Source of the DNA: Cyanidioschyzon merolae
Lineage: Eukaryota
NCBI GenBank assembly: GCA_000091205.1
Contig: AP006501.2
Strand: one strand, 5' to 3'
DNA: 64,000 nucleotides
The position numbers and the translations under genes were made by a program. Below the pieces are notes generated by a model. The model had not been told where the DNA came from and made no database searches. It worked only from the letters and a program-made list of their open reading frames with translations. Shown here piece after piece: positions 10,914-23,492 of this stretch; position 1 is the first letter of the stretch; each line of letters opens with the position of its first letter.

Positions 10914-12127
10914 ATGGTTGCCACCGACAAAGCCCGAGGCGTTGTACAGGCGGTTTCAGGCCCCGTAGTGGTTGCTCGCGACTGCCCAGCGTCCATGTAC
11001 GAACTGGTTCGCGTCGGACACGAACGCATCGTCGGTGAAGTGATTCGGCTCGAGGGCTCCTCGGTTACGATACAGTGCTATGAAGCCACCGACGCTTTGG
11101 CGGTAGGGGATCCCGTCGAGCGGACTGGTATGCCGCTGACAGTGGAACTCGGTCCTGGTTTAATGTCGAGCATATTTGATGGGATATCGCGGCCTCTGGA
11201 GAAGATTGCCACCCTCTCGGGGAGCGTGTTCATTCCCAGGGGCGTCGATGTGCCCTCTCTGGACCGGGAACGTCAATGGTACTTCGAACCGGACCCAGCG
11301 CTCTCTGTTGGTAGACTCGTCACCGGTGGTGACTGGATCGGAAGCGTCCAGGAGACCCCGCTTATCTTGCACCGGATCATGGTACCTCCGGGTACAATGG
11401 GCACCGTCGAATGGATCGCACCCAGTGGTTGGTATACCATCACAGACACGGTGCTGAAAGTGAGTCACCAGGGTGTCAGCAAGGCGCTGTCTATGATGCA
11501 GCGGTGGCCTGTGCGACAACCGCGACCCATCGCGGAGAAACTCGTCGCGAATACACCGCTGATCACAGGGCAGCGCGTTTTGGATACCCTGTTCCCGTGT
11601 GTTCAGGGCGGTACCTGTGCTGTGCCGGGTGCTTTTGGTGTTGGAAAAACCGTTATTAGTCAGGCACTGTCCAAATACTCGAACTCGGATGGAATCGTCT
11701 ACGTGGGATGCGGTGAGCGCGGTAACGAAATGGCAGAGGTTTTACGTGATTTCCCTGAGCTAACCATGTCGCTCGCGGACGGCGAGCAAGTGTCCATCAT
11801 GAACCGGACCCTGCTGGTAGCCAATACGTCGAACATGCCGGTAGCGGCCCGCGAGGCATCCATCTACACCGGTATAACAATTGCCGAGTACTATCGGGAC
11901 ATGGGACATGATATGTCCATGATGGCGGACAGCACGAGCCGCTGGGCAGAGGCGCTCAGGGAAATCAGTGGACGCCTAGCGGAGATGCCAGCGGATTCGG
12001 GGTTTCCGGCGTACCTGGCGGCACGTCTGGCTTCCTTCTATGAGCGCGCTGGGCGCGTCAAGTGTTTGGGCTCCCCTGAACGCACTGGTTCGGTGACCGT
12101 AGTGGGAGCTGTCTCGCCTCCTGGGGG
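10914..12127 (+). CDS. V-type proton ATPase catalytic subunit A, exon 1. It is joined to exon 2 across a 245-bp GT-AG intron spanning 12128..12372.
   Basis: N-terminus VSGPVVVA...MYELVRVGH...GEVIRLEG. Walker [40 protein letters not shown]. The exon ends ...GAVSPPG, with a g|gtaagt donor at 12128. Confidence 0.9.
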
Positions 12128-12372
12128 GTAAGTTTCTTCAACAAACAGGCATCGGGTATCTCCCGGTGGCGTGTATGCGATATGTCAGCCATCGGGTCGT
12201 CATTATTGGCGTTCGAGACGAGCGCTTGATGCCAGAGCAATCCGCCGTGGATTGTAGCGTGTCCCGGGCGGAGCGTCCGCAGCGGGGATCACCCGCTGCC
12301 CCAAATGCCGTCGGGGCGAAAGCCACCACGAGCAACATTCTTTATCAATGACAGAAACTAACCTGTGAATAG

Positions 12373-13009
12373 TGACTTTTCCGATCCTGTGACCACTGCG
12401 ACACTATCGACAGTTAGTGTGTTTTGGGGCCTCGACAAACGCCTGGCCAGCCGCAAGTTCTTCCCCGCAGTGAACACAAACATTTCGTGGAGCAAAAATA
12501 TTCAAGCGCTGGAACCATGGTACGATGCGCACTATCCGGAATTCCCATCGATTCGCCAGACCGTACGTCAGATTCTCCAAATGGAAGAGGATCTAAGCGA
12601 AATCGTCGCCCTCGTTGGCCGCGATGCCCTCGCCGAGAGCGACAAGGTCGTTCTCGCGGCAGCCACCATGATTCGGGAGGACTGCCTCCAACAGAACAGC
12701 TACACCTCCTACGACGCCTACTGCCCGTTCCTGAAAAGCATGCTCATGCTTCGAAATATCGTGCTGTGGTACGAGCTTGCCCAGAAGGCAGTCGCCGAAG
12801 TGGATCGCGACGCGGGCGCCACGAGCGCATCGAATCGTCTTACGTTTGCGGGGTTGCGCGATGTGCAAATGGACCTCCTTAATCGACTTTCGCGAATGAA
12901 ATTCCTTGAACCCAGCATGGGAGATGATGCGCTGCGTCGCCATTTAGACGCGCTGCGGGATGATATCGTCAAAAGCTTCCGCGAACGCGACTGGGCGCTG
13001 ACGGCATGA
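12373..13009 (+). CDS. V-type proton ATPase catalytic subunit A, exon 2.
   Basis: Acceptor ...gaatag| at 12371-12372. The exon resumes G-DFSDPVTTATLSTVSVFWGLDKRLASRKFFPAVN, exactly matching the conserved SPPGGDFSDPVT junction of V-ATPase A. Combined length is 617 aa. Confidence 0.9.
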
Positions 13010-13574
13010 CGCATCCTCGCCCTGCGACAGTGCAGCATCGTCGAGGCGCACAGCAAGCGGTCGACGTCCGCGAGACCAGGTCGCCAGCACGACACTAGGC
13101 CGCATTCAGTTCGCGAAAAGCGCGTCCACTCGAGGCAACCAGGGATACGCACGTTCATCGGAACGCGTCGATTGATCCAACGACGACGACGACGACACAA
13201 GCCGTGCATAAAGCGCTTTACCTTCAGTGACGACCTGACGAACCGTAGCTTTGACTTTCCGAAAATACTTGCAGCGTCCGAACCCAAGCTAGCAGCAAAC
13301 GAGAGAGATATCATCTTCGGGTGTTCTTGGATTGCAGCAGCTATCCGAGTTGTCCACAACACTGCACTGTGCACGCATGGCGATCACGCATCCGAGCGAC
13401 ACGTGTCCCGATGCGTGCGCGGATGCTTGTTCAATGACGGCAGCGTTGATCGTGGTGTTGATGGTGGCATATATTGCCAGTGCGTCCCTACAGAGCACAT
13501 GCTGCGCTCTCGCCAGAGCTATTGCCACCGACAAGAGTTTCTTGTCCAGAGGTATTCTTGGGGGAATGCGCATT

Positions 13575-16298
13575 TCAGGGATTAGGAGGTGCGTCGGGCT
13601 TATAGTCTTGCTCCATGGGTTCCGCGGTCTGTGCGGCAGTCTCGGTTGAGCCGGGTTCAGAGGCCGATGCTGTGTCCGCCTGTTCTGTGTTTGGCGACGA
13701 TGATGTCGAGGTTTTTGCCCCTGGGCCAGAGGCTGTGTTTGGGGCACTTCCCGATTCGCCTGCGGCGGTGCGGGACGGGACAGGTCGGTCGAGCAGCTGT
13801 CGTCCGCGCTGTACGAGCTCGTTTCGGCGCTTCTCAATGTCGGCTGCTTTGAGCGGCGGGTCCTTGTGCTTCGGGGCTTTCTCGACTTTGTGGAGCGCTC
13901 CCTCCAACCAGGCCATGGATGAAGCGATTTCCCGCTCCAGTTTCTGGATGTCCTCTACGGATATGTGCGGCTTTTCGGTGGCCGCTGAGGCGCATTCTGC
14001 CTGCAGTGATGCCGCCGCACGTCGGAACACGTGCGCCGCATCTGCAATGTTCTCGTATTCAAGGGCGCGCGCCTTGACAGCCGCCCCGTACCGCCGCTCC
14101 AGCATCTGCTGCCGTTCGATCAACGTCGATTTGGGTGCGGTTTCGGAGCCCTCCTCGGAGTAGATCCAATCCTCGGTTTCATCGAGTAAGCGGAGGAATG
14201 CGCTCTGAGATGCGTCATCCATGTAGATCGCCCACGGTCCATCGGTGGAAACGCGCGACCGCATATCGTACACGTAGGTTTCGAGTGCGTTGAGCGCTTC
14301 GGCGCGCTCCACGCGATACCGATCAGCCGCTTGCATTTGTTGCTCGATCTCGATGAGCGCATTCAGGGCGTAATGCTGGAGTCGAGTTCCTCGTAGTTGG
14401 CGAATCGGGAGCTCCGTGCGAATGACCTTGCGCGCAGGTGCGGTTCCTTGGCCATTCGCATGGGCGTCGGTGCCAGACCTTGCCGAGTCGTCCGCCGCAG
14501 CGCCATCGCTTGCTATCTCTTGGTCCATCCTTGTAGCAGCGGTATCTGGAGCCTCTCCTCCGTGCTGATTCGTGGCGCCAGCGTCCTGAGAAGCTTCTTG
14601 GGCTTCTGCTGCGGCACTCTCAGCAACAGACACTTCCTCTACGAGTTGCGCACCGACGATGCTGACCATGCCGTTGGCATCCAGACGCACTTTCACGTGA
14701 ACCCTTCCACAATTTGGGCTCTTGTTCGGTAAGACACCGATTTCAACCAGTGCGATGTCCCGGACACAGCCCTGAGGTAGCGAACATGCTCCTCCTTGTT
14801 GCTTAGCCGCACCCGCGTCATCGCCGTAGAACAGGCGGAGCTCGAAAGGCTGTCCAGTGTACGAGTACGTGACTCGCTTCAGCGATGGCATCGCGCTCTT
14901 CGGGGCAAATACCAATGTCTCTTTCGTGCCCGTCGCTCCAGATTTCGCGATGCAAATGGGGAAAACAGTAAAGTCAACCGCCTCATACTCGCGAACTCGA
15001 TACCCAGGTGCCAAAATGGCGGCTTGGAGCGCGCATCCCCGTGCAATGCACTCGTCAGTGTTCAGGGTTCTGCGCACAGTCAGGCCGGTTGTCTGTTCAA
15101 TCAGGCTCTGGATCAATGGAACTCGAGAACCTCCACCAATAAGCTCAATCGACTGAATCGCTTTCGGTTCAGGAGTGGAAGCGACCACTTGCTGCACAAC
15201 CCGGACAATGCGCTCAGCGAGCGGCCGCACCAGCGTTTCAAACTCAGCGCGTTGAATCATGGCCTCAACATCGATATCGTCCACGAAGCAGTCGAGGTTC
15301 AGGTGCGCTAGTGCGTTTGCTGAGAGAATTTTCTTCACTTTCTCGCATTGCTGACGAAGTCGTGCAATCGCTTTTTTGTGATTGCCAACCGAAATGCGAT
15401 ATCGTTCCGCAAACAGCTTCGCAAAGTGGTGAAAGAGCATCTCGTCGAAATCACGGCCCCCGAGATTCCGATCGAATGCGACTGCTCGGACTTCGAGTCG
15501 CGAGCGCCAGAATGCGACGCACGCTGCGGTCGTCTGGGAGTGGCCCACATCCGCAATGATAACCTGCACGGGCTCTTTGTCATTTTCCGGTAACTCAGTG
15601 GCCCGATACAGACCGTACGCAAGCGCAGCAGCCAGATGCTCATGCACCATTCGGAGGACGCGCACATCCGCGATCGCTGCTGCGTCCAAGAGCGCCGCTC
15701 TTTGGGCATCGGTGTACCATACCGGCACAGACAGCACAACATCCCTGGCCTGGATACCGTGGTTCGACGCTGCCACGATCTCGTTCAGTTTCTGCAGAAT
15801 CATTGCTGTAACGGACTCGACAGGCAGAACGTGCAGATCGCTGGCCTTGCCGTTGACGCTGTGTTTCGGAATGCGCGCACGCTCCTCTGGCGGAAGGTGC
15901 CACAGCTCCAAGGCGTCAGTGCCTAGCTGTTCAGCCGAGTAGTGGATCTGAACGGCTGCTCGCCGCACGCGGTAGTCTGTTGGCGCCTCCGCACTACCAC
16001 CTTGAGCATACTCTTCCGTAATAGAATAGAGCGCGCGCGCTGCCTCGATGTGCTGCACCTCATCCTCGAGCAAAGAGCGTCCCAGAATTCGTTTTGATTC
16101 AGTGATACTCCGTTGTACGTTCTGTAGGTAACGCGTCGCCGCTGCTTCGCCAACGTAACGCTCGTTTCCTCCACAAAAAGTAACCACAGCTGGCGTCTGC
16201 CGCTGCGTTACCTCGTTCGTGAGTACTTCGATACCCCCTCCCCTCGCCTGCGCGATCACGCAGTTCACGTTTCCGAGGTCGATACCCACGACCGACAT
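13575..16298 (-). CDS. Hsp110/Sse1-type heat-shock protein (HSP70 superfamily nucleotide-exchange factor).
   Basis: Hsp70 actin-like ATPase N-terminus MSVVGIDLGNVNCVIA...TPAVVTF....RYVGEAA. Length is 907 aa with a long acidic C-terminal extension, typical of Hsp110 rather than canonical Hsp70. Confidence 0.85.
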   Translation of the reverse strand: MSVVGIDLGNVNCVIAQARGGGIEVLTNEVTQRQTPAVVTFCGGNERYVGEAAATRYLQNVQRSITESKRILGRSLLEDEVQHIEAARALYSITEEYAQGGSAEAPTDYRVRRAAVQIHYSAEQLGTDALELWHLPPEERARIPKHSVNGKASDLHVLPVESVTAMILQKLNEIVAASNHGIQARDVVLSVPVWYTDAQRAALLDAAAIADVRVLRMVHEHLAAALAYGLYRATELPENDKEPVQVIIADVGHSQTTAACVAFWRSRLEVRAVAFDRNLGGRDFDEMLFHHFAKLFAERYRISVGNHKKAIARLRQQCEKVKKILSANALAHLNLDCFVDDIDVEAMIQRAEFETLVRPLAERIVRVVQQVVASTPEPKAIQSIELIGGGSRVPLIQSLIEQTTGLTVRRTLNTDECIARGCALQAAILAPGYRVREYEAVDFTVFPICIAKSGATGTKETLVFAPKSAMPSLKRVTYSYTGQPFELRLFYGDDAGAAKQQGGACSLPQGCVRDIALVEIGVLPNKSPNCGRVHVKVRLDANGMVSIVGAQLVEEVSVAESAAAEAQEASQDAGATNQHGGEAPDTAATRMDQEIASDGAAADDSARSGTDAHANGQGTAPARKVIRTELPIRQLRGTRLQHYALNALIEIEQQMQAADRYRVERAEALNALETYVYDMRSRVSTDGPWAIYMDDASQSAFLRLLDETEDWIYSEEGSETAPKSTLIERQQMLERRYGAAVKARALEYENIADAAHVFRRAAASLQAECASAATEKPHISVEDIQKLEREIASSMAWLEGALHKVEKAPKHKDPPLKAADIEKRRNELVQRGRQLLDRPVPSRTAAGESGSAPNTASGPGAKTSTSSSPNTEQADTASASEPGSTETAAQTAEPMEQDYKPDAPPNP

Positions 16299-17969
16299 CG
16301 ACGAACAAGTTTTGCGCCCAGTGAGAAACCAAGTGCACGATTTTTGAGAAACGTGTTCACTTCAAACCAACCAGTCTATGCAACGAATGACAGCGGCCTT
16401 GGTGTATGCTGGCAGGCAAGCCGTCTGTGCGCGTTACGCCACGGACACGTTCAGACGCACCGCGAAGGCAATCGACGATGGCGACGCCGCCGCTTGATGT
16501 TGCAGGCACGCCACACATCGCGTCGGTGGGCATCGATCCGCCAATCGAAGCCGCTCGATGCGACGCGCAGCTTCGCGTTGCATCTGTCACGCGGCGCGCA
16601 CCTGCGGATCGCCTGTACACGATGAGGATCGTGCACCATGGAGTCGTAGCGATTTGCAGCCCGAGCGCGTAGAGTCGTTTTGGATGCGGCATGCACCTGG
16701 AGCGAAATCCCTTTAAGTAGCTGGGGAAGCGAGATCAACGGTTCGCTAGGCTGCTCCAATTTCTACTAATCTCTGAGCAGCTTCGTGCAGGAAAGGAGGC
16801 ACTGATGGACGCTGCGTGTATTCTGGGTGCTGAGCGTTCTATGGGCGCCTGCTGCGGCCTTGGAAGCGCCGCAGCTGCCGACGCGGATACCCACCGGGGA
16901 TAGAGCGGGATCGCGGAGTCGTAATCGACGTATTCTCGAAGACCAGCGCATTCGTCGATGACAATCATACGGGTGCGCGGAAATGCAATCGGGCGACGCG
17001 TGCGCTGACGTGCATTGCAGACTTGCCTGCGACCGTAGAGGCCATGGGGAGGCACAATCCAGAGTGTACTGGGAAAAAGCGCCCGTATGGAACTGCGCGT
17101 ATCCAGACAGCAAGCGCGGTGTGCCCTGAGGGATCCGGCTGAGCAGTGCGGGAGTCGCCAGCATCTGCACGCACGATCGCTCAACAGCTTCCGCACACGC
17201 CGCTCCAGAGCAACGTCGCAATCGACCCGATTCGCCCGCCGTCGGTAATCCGCAGCATTGCGATTCACCGTGTGCACGCAAAGCGCGTCGCGATGGACCT
17301 CACAGAGCTCGTACGTCGGGCTCCAGACGGCAGGCTTGATCACCTGATCGGCCAGTATTCAAGCAGTGTAGAAATCTTCCGAGGTATTCCTTTGGTCGCA
17401 TACATGATATGACACACGTAACGAATCGAGAACGCGCTTGCTTCGATGCAGGACAAGGATTACTCGTTTATGAAGAGGTGCGATCCCCAGACGCCATATG
17501 CATGCGTGTCCGCGTCTAGCCGGCAAATGCACGGATCATGCACCCGCGCGGATGCAATCACGCATGAACGCACCTTGATGGTGGTGCTTTAGTGGTGTAG
17601 ACTCGATCGTTGAATTTACGCTGGGATCCGCGTGTGTGCGACTCTTACGCGCATCAAGGCAGGCAAGCAGCTTTGTAAACCGGATTCTCGAAGTTCCACC
17701 ATCAACTCCAGAGGCTTCCGTACAGGGATCGTGATTCGTGCCAATGATTCCCCGGGTTCCGATCCCGCCGCGAGCGTCTGTTGCGGTGCCTCAGGCGGGC
17801 AGATGTAGGTGTCGTCATTCTCGCCACTGTGTATACTATGAGCGAAAGACGAGGTTTATGGTTGAGTGCGTTTCGTACGCTAACGAGCTATGCTGACGAG
17901 CTGACCGCACAGAAAAGAGTCACACGAGCCGCCCACGCGCAGAACTCGCCTTCGAAGAAAATACAGTGC

Positions 17970-19697
17970 CTATGCACAGAGCCGCTGCTCCAGCTTGTCC
18001 ATGGCTAGTCGACGGCCAATGGGCCATCGAGCGACCACTTCGATCTGGTCAATATCGGGCTCACCGGCTGCATCGCCAAGTCGGAGTAATCGTTCAACCC
18101 CTGCCCAGGCTACCATGACGCCGTTATCCGTGCAGTAACGGAGTGGTGGAAAGATAATCGCCTGCTTCAGATCGCATGCAGGCGCTCCTGGATCGGTGCT
18201 CCAGGCCGCCGTGCGCTCCACCTCTTCATCATGTAAACGCCATCCAATCTCAGATGCTAGCTGTTGGAACCGTGCCCGCAACACGGAATTCGCTGCAACG
18301 CCGCCCGAAACCAGGAGCGACTGTACATCGGGCTCGTGCGTTCGACACCACAAAAGCGCCCGCCGCGTCTTTTCAAACAGGTGCTCCAGTGCTACGCGTT
18401 GGAAACTCGCCGCAATGTCGGCAGCTGCCTGTCGATTCACTTGCAGCAGTGTTGCGGTTTCGTCCCTGGATCCGTAGCGCTCCAGTTCGCGCTCAATCGC
18501 TACACGAACCGCAGTCTTGAGGCCAGCGAAAGAAAAATTACAATCCGGACGCTTACGGAGCGGAATCGGGAAATCAAAAGCGTTTGGGTTCCCCTCACGC
18601 GCCAGCCGTTCTAGTGCGGGTCCACCGCCTCCACCAACGTCCAGACCCAACAAGCGTGCGATTTTGTCGAAAGCCTCTCCGACAGAGTCATCCAGCGTAC
18701 CGCCAAGGACTTCAAAATTCCCGAGGTCACGAGCCAGAAGCAACATGCAGTGACCGCCGCTGACTAGCAGAACCAGAAACGGGAACGAAGGCCGGTAGCC
18801 TCCGAAAAGACGTGGCACCAAGCAGTGCGACTCGAGATGATGTGTTGAGATAAATACAGGGCCAGGCGCGCTCGATGCCTCCTTGAGTCGGCCCAGAAGG
18901 CGTTGGGCAGCGCGGAACCCCACTCGAAGGCAGATCTCGAGACCGGGTCCCATGGTCACCGCGACTGCGTCCAAGCCGTTGGCGCTGCGAGCCCACACCT
19001 CGTTTTGTGAGCATGTAAAAGCCTCGCACAATACGCGCTCAATAAGTTCATCGATCACCTGCTCATGGGCTTGACGTGCCAGCCCCGGCACAACGCCCCC
19101 GTAACGAGCATGGATACTGTCCTGCTTCACGACCGCTTCGGATAGGATACATCCTTTGCTGTTCACAACAGCGACCGCTGTATCATCGCAGGAGGTCTCA
19201 ATGCCTAGTACGAGGTGCGGGCGCGCACCGCCGCCCGTGAGTCGCAGCACAGTCAACCGTTCATCGGTGACTGGGGCGGCGTCTGCGGGGAGTACCAGAG
19301 AGAGCCCGCGCTGGGACGGTAAAGGCATTTTTAAAAGCCGTTCTTTCTGTGTGTCCGTGAACCCTAACGGGGCACTCCCGGTAGTGGTCTGTTGTACACG
19401 CAACGCTTGCTCGCTGCGGTCAAACTCGCCATAGTCGGTGCCCTTCGGCTGCCCGACGCGGGATCTATCGTGCCGAAAAGATTCCGCGCCAGATGCCATT
19501 GAAACTAAGGTTCCGAGACTCCTCGATGGCGCGGGCGTACGCCAGTACGTTCCTGTGCTGTGATGAAAAGGTGCAGTCGGACTCGTAACCAATCGAGGAG
19601 AAACTGCTGTGCGCACAAAGCGCGAGTGCCCCCTACACGGCTGTAATAGGGCAAACGCAAACACACGCGACTCTGCCGGTTTCTCGAGAAAAGGCAT
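17970..19697 (-). CDS. Bacterial-type tRNA N6-adenosine threonylcarbamoyltransferase (TsaD/Qri7/OSGEPL1 family, probable mitochondrial t6A enzyme). N-terminal ~150 aa form an extension; alternative starts at 19499 or ~19326.
   Basis: LVLGIETSCDDTAVAVV signature, which is TsaD/Qri7-type rather than Kae1 GIEGSAN. Kae1/TsaD family body, ~420 aa core. The Arg-rich N-terminal extension is compatible with a presequence. Confidence 0.8.
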   Translation of the reverse strand: MPFLEKPAESRVFAFALLQPCRGHSRFVRTAVSPRLVTSPTAPFHHSTGTYWRTPAPSRSLGTLVSMASGAESFRHDRSRVGQPKGTDYGEFDRSEQALRVQQTTTGSAPLGFTDTQKERLLKMPLPSQRGLSLVLPADAAPVTDERLTVLRLTGGGARPHLVLGIETSCDDTAVAVVNSKGCILSEAVVKQDSIHARYGGVVPGLARQAHEQVIDELIERVLCEAFTCSQNEVWARSANGLDAVAVTMGPGLEICLRVGFRAAQRLLGRLKEASSAPGPVFISTHHLESHCLVPRLFGGYRPSFPFLVLLVSGGHCMLLLARDLGNFEVLGGTLDDSVGEAFDKIARLLGLDVGGGGGPALERLAREGNPNAFDFPIPLRKRPDCNFSFAGLKTAVRVAIERELERYGSRDETATLLQVNRQAAADIAASFQRVALEHLFEKTRRALLWCRTHEPDVQSLLVSGGVAANSVLRARFQQLASEIGWRLHDEEVERTAAWSTDPGAPACDLKQAIIFPPLRYCTDNGVMVAWAGVERLLRLGDAAGEPDIDQIEVVARWPIGRRLAMDKLEQRLCA

Positions 19698-20437
19698 TCA
19701 GCCGCTCACTCAAGGTCGCTTGCAGAGTTCAAGCGTCTTAGTTCCCTGAGACGGTCGCTTTGCACTGAGAACACAGCGGCTAGCGCGTTCCGCGACAAGT
19801 GCCCAAAAGGAAACAGGTAGTAGAACGGCATCTGTGGGTCACGGCAGGCTAGCGACGCACGCATCGGTGCCGCTGCCGCTCTATTTTGTGGGTTCAGTGA
19901 GTCTGCAGTCGATTGGCAGTTAGACGGATGCCGCGACTGAATTAGGAATGATTAGATTATGTGTGCGAGCAAGAATAGCATAACGACGACATCAGGACTA
20001 GTGCTTGTCACCCTGTAGTTGGAGTCCTCGGTTCCAACAAGTCACCACAAGTGCATAGCGCGTGCGCTGTTGTGCTGATTAAACGGCACATCCGGTGGTA
20101 AAGCATTGGTAGAGGCGGATGCTGCCTTGCGAATGTCATCGTTAAGACCAAAGCGGTAAGATGGCAAGGCGTGCCTCGTGCATCATGAGGCTGTGCATCA
20201 GCGCATCCGCTGCTGTTGCTCAGTCACCGACGTGTCCGTATGAATGCTCGATGCATCGTGCGTAGCTTGCTCGAGCGAGCGCTTGAGTTACTATAAATGC
20301 AGGGAAGCGCTCCGTGCCTTGAGATGGGCGGCAGCTCATGTTTGCGTTTGGACGCGCTGCGGTTCTTAGCGACAGCATCAAACAAAATAGCGAGCGGTGG
20401 AGTCTGTTTCCCGCCAGTTCCCATTCCGTCGACACGA

Positions 20438-20640
20438 ATCTGTGCAGGCTCCATTGTCATCCGCGCAACACATAAACTGCACCTCGGGTAGCCAGTCAGG
20501 TATCCGCGTCGGCGGTCGATAGCGCATGTAGCTAACAAGCATCTGTGCAGGCTCCATTGTCATCCGCGCAACACATAAACTGCACCTCGGGTAGCCAGTC
20601 AGGTATCCACGTCGGCGTTCGATCGCGTCCAGAGGTGCTG
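20438..20640. repeat. Tandem duplication, 103-bp period, 2 copies (~95 bp conserved per copy), upstream of the kinase gene.
   Basis: atctgtgcaggctccattgtcatccgcgcaacacataaactgcacctcgggtagccagtcaggtatcc[g/a]cgtcggcg[g/t]tcgat occurs at 20438 and again at 20541. Confidence 0.85.
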
Positions 20641-20909
20641 CCTGTTCCACGCCTATACCCCAGCTGTCATACAGAGACAACGCCCAGCAGCAGCATACCG
20701 CAGATTCGCCAGCAGCTCGAGTGCTGCGCCACGTGGCTGGCGCTGCTGCGCGGAGAACGCGCCTGCGTCTCCAGAACGCTAGATCTTCGGCACCAATCGC
20801 TCCCAACAGGCGGCAGGGTATCGCTGGCACGTGTGGGGTTCCCCCCCAGAGCCAGTTACTTGTCCGTACGCAGTCAGTTGTCGCGATCGACGAAAACAGT
20901 GACGTGTCG

Positions 20910-22565
20910 ATGAGCTTCGCGGCAACGGCAACGATGACGAGTGCGGGTCGAGCAACGCCGGCGACCTTCGACGGGAACCCAGCACCGGACCGAAAGCTCC
21001 TCGTGGAACCAGGGGACGCTGCCGCCCTTTCAAGAGTGGAGGCGGATCCTCGTGTTCGGTACAATCCCCTTGCACCCATAGGGGAGGGCGCTTTTGGTAT
21101 GGTCTATCGCGCTCTGGACACTGAAACGCAAACCGTTGTCGCTGTGAAAGTCATCAACCTGGACGAGTGTCACGACGAGATCGAGGGAATTCAGCAGGAA
21201 GTTACCGTCATGGCTCAGTTGAACACGGCACACGTTGCAAAGTACTATAGATCTTTTCTCGTGGGGCCTGAGCTCTACATCGTGATGGAGTACGTGGATG
21301 GTGGCTCTGTTCGGGAGCTGATGGAGTTTCTCGGCGGGAGGCTCTCTGAAGACATCATCGCAGTGATCGCCCGCGGTCTCGTGGAGGCGCTCGTTCACTT
21401 GCACGCTCAGAACAAACTGCATCGCGACGTGAAAGCCGCCAACGTCCTCTTGACCACGACAGGCGACGTTAAGCTGGCAGACTTTGGGGTAAGCGGGACG
21501 CTCACCTCGACTTTTCGGAAGCGGAACACCATGGTTGGGACGCCCTACTGGATGGCCCCCGAAGTCATACGTGAAAGCGCTTATGATGAGAAAGCAGATA
21601 TCTGGTCGCTGGGCATTGCGTGCTACGAAATGGCTACCGGCTTGCCACCGTATGCCGATTTGCACCCGATGCGCGCGCTCTTCCTGATTCCGAAGAGCGA
21701 GCCGCCGCGACTGCCCGAAAACGATGATGGATCCTCGCCGTGGTCTGCAACTTTTCAAAATTTCCTCTCATGTTGTCTTCAAAAGTCACCGACTGAACGC
21801 GCTACCGCTGCAGCGCTGCTTGAACATCCGTTCTTGCGCTGCGGTCCAGAAGCAAAATCGCAACTCAGCGAACTCGTGCAGCGAAAAGTGCGAAACCAGC
21901 AGATCCTGACGATGCCTTTAGCAGCGGGCAAGACGGGTACCGAGCCTGTCCCATCAAAATCATCGTCTTCGAGTGCATCGGTGTCTTATCATCCACCGAC
22001 GTCACATTCATCATCAGGGGAGCCTCATCCCTCGGCTTCGGTGGGCGGCAGCCTGTCCCGCTGGGACGACTCGCTCGGTCTCGACGAATATCTGGCTGCC
22101 TCGCAGCGCGCTCTGGATCGAACGCAGTGGCGCTACATGAGCATTCCACGTCCCAACACGATCGTTGCGGGTCGTACAGCGTCATTGATGGCGACGAATT
22201 CGCGACAAACAGGTCCGCCGCATGAAATCCAGTCATGGACCTTCGACTCGAACGAGAGTGGCAGCGTCTTGATCACGAACGCTCCGGGATGCACCTGGAC
22301 TGGGGAAAATTCCCAACTGACGCCTTCACCGTCGCATCCGATGTTCTGCTATTTGCTGGAACCCGCGATCCGGCGTCTTGTTGCGAAGTACGCCAATGAG
22401 GGGACCGATGCGAATGGTCCCGAGCTTGCACGCCTCCTCCATAGTATTTTGGCGCAGTTTCAGCGAATGGAGTGCATTCGGCCCGGTGCGAGTTGTGCAT
22501 TCATCAAAGAGCTCATGGCTGCCGTACAGCAAACACGCCTTCCAGAGGGTGATCATGCGCAATGA
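20910..22565 (+). CDS. STE20-family Ser/Thr protein kinase, GCK-III (MST3/MST4/SOK1)-like. ORF is open in frame from 20721.
   Basis: Kinase subdomains GEGAFGMVYRA...VAVKVINLDE..DEIEGIQQEVTVMAQL...HRDVKAANVLL...DFGVSG...GTPYWMAPEV. The EDEIEDIQQE-like motif is diagnostic of the MST/GCK subfamily. A low-complexity Ser-rich C-terminal tail follows. Confidence 0.85.
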   Translation: MSFAATATMTSAGRATPATFDGNPAPDRKLLVEPGDAAALSRVEADPRVRYNPLAPIGEGAFGMVYRALDTETQTVVAVKVINLDECHDEIEGIQQEVTVMAQLNTAHVAKYYRSFLVGPELYIVMEYVDGGSVRELMEFLGGRLSEDIIAVIARGLVEALVHLHAQNKLHRDVKAANVLLTTTGDVKLADFGVSGTLTSTFRKRNTMVGTPYWMAPEVIRESAYDEKADIWSLGIACYEMATGLPPYADLHPMRALFLIPKSEPPRLPENDDGSSPWSATFQNFLSCCLQKSPTERATAAALLEHPFLRCGPEAKSQLSELVQRKVRNQQILTMPLAAGKTGTEPVPSKSSSSSASVSYHPPTSHSSSGEPHPSASVGGSLSRWDDSLGLDEYLAASQRALDRTQWRYMSIPRPNTIVAGRTASLMATNSRQTGPPHEIQSWTFDSNESGSVLITNAPGCTWTGENSQLTPSPSHPMFCYLLEPAIRRLVAKYANEGTDANGPELARLLHSILAQFQRMECIRPGASCAFIKELMAAVQQTRLPEGDHAQ

Positions 22566-22736
22566 CCTCTCGGGTCGTGCTCGCAACCGCTGATGGTCAC
22601 TGGCATCGGGCGTGCTCTCCATATTCCTTTACGTACAAGCGTTCGCAGCAGTTTGATGCTCGCGAGTCCCAACAACGACGCATCATGTGTATTCGCCGGT
22701 TGTTCGCGCAACTCTTGGTTCGCTTCATAGAAAAGC

Positions 22737-23492
<756 letters not shown>

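Noticed and set aside
17738-17772. tRNA-like T-arm (cggg-ttccgat-cccg)
   Set aside because: No matching acceptor or D-arm could be found upstream, and the T-loop deviates from TTCRANY. Probably chance.
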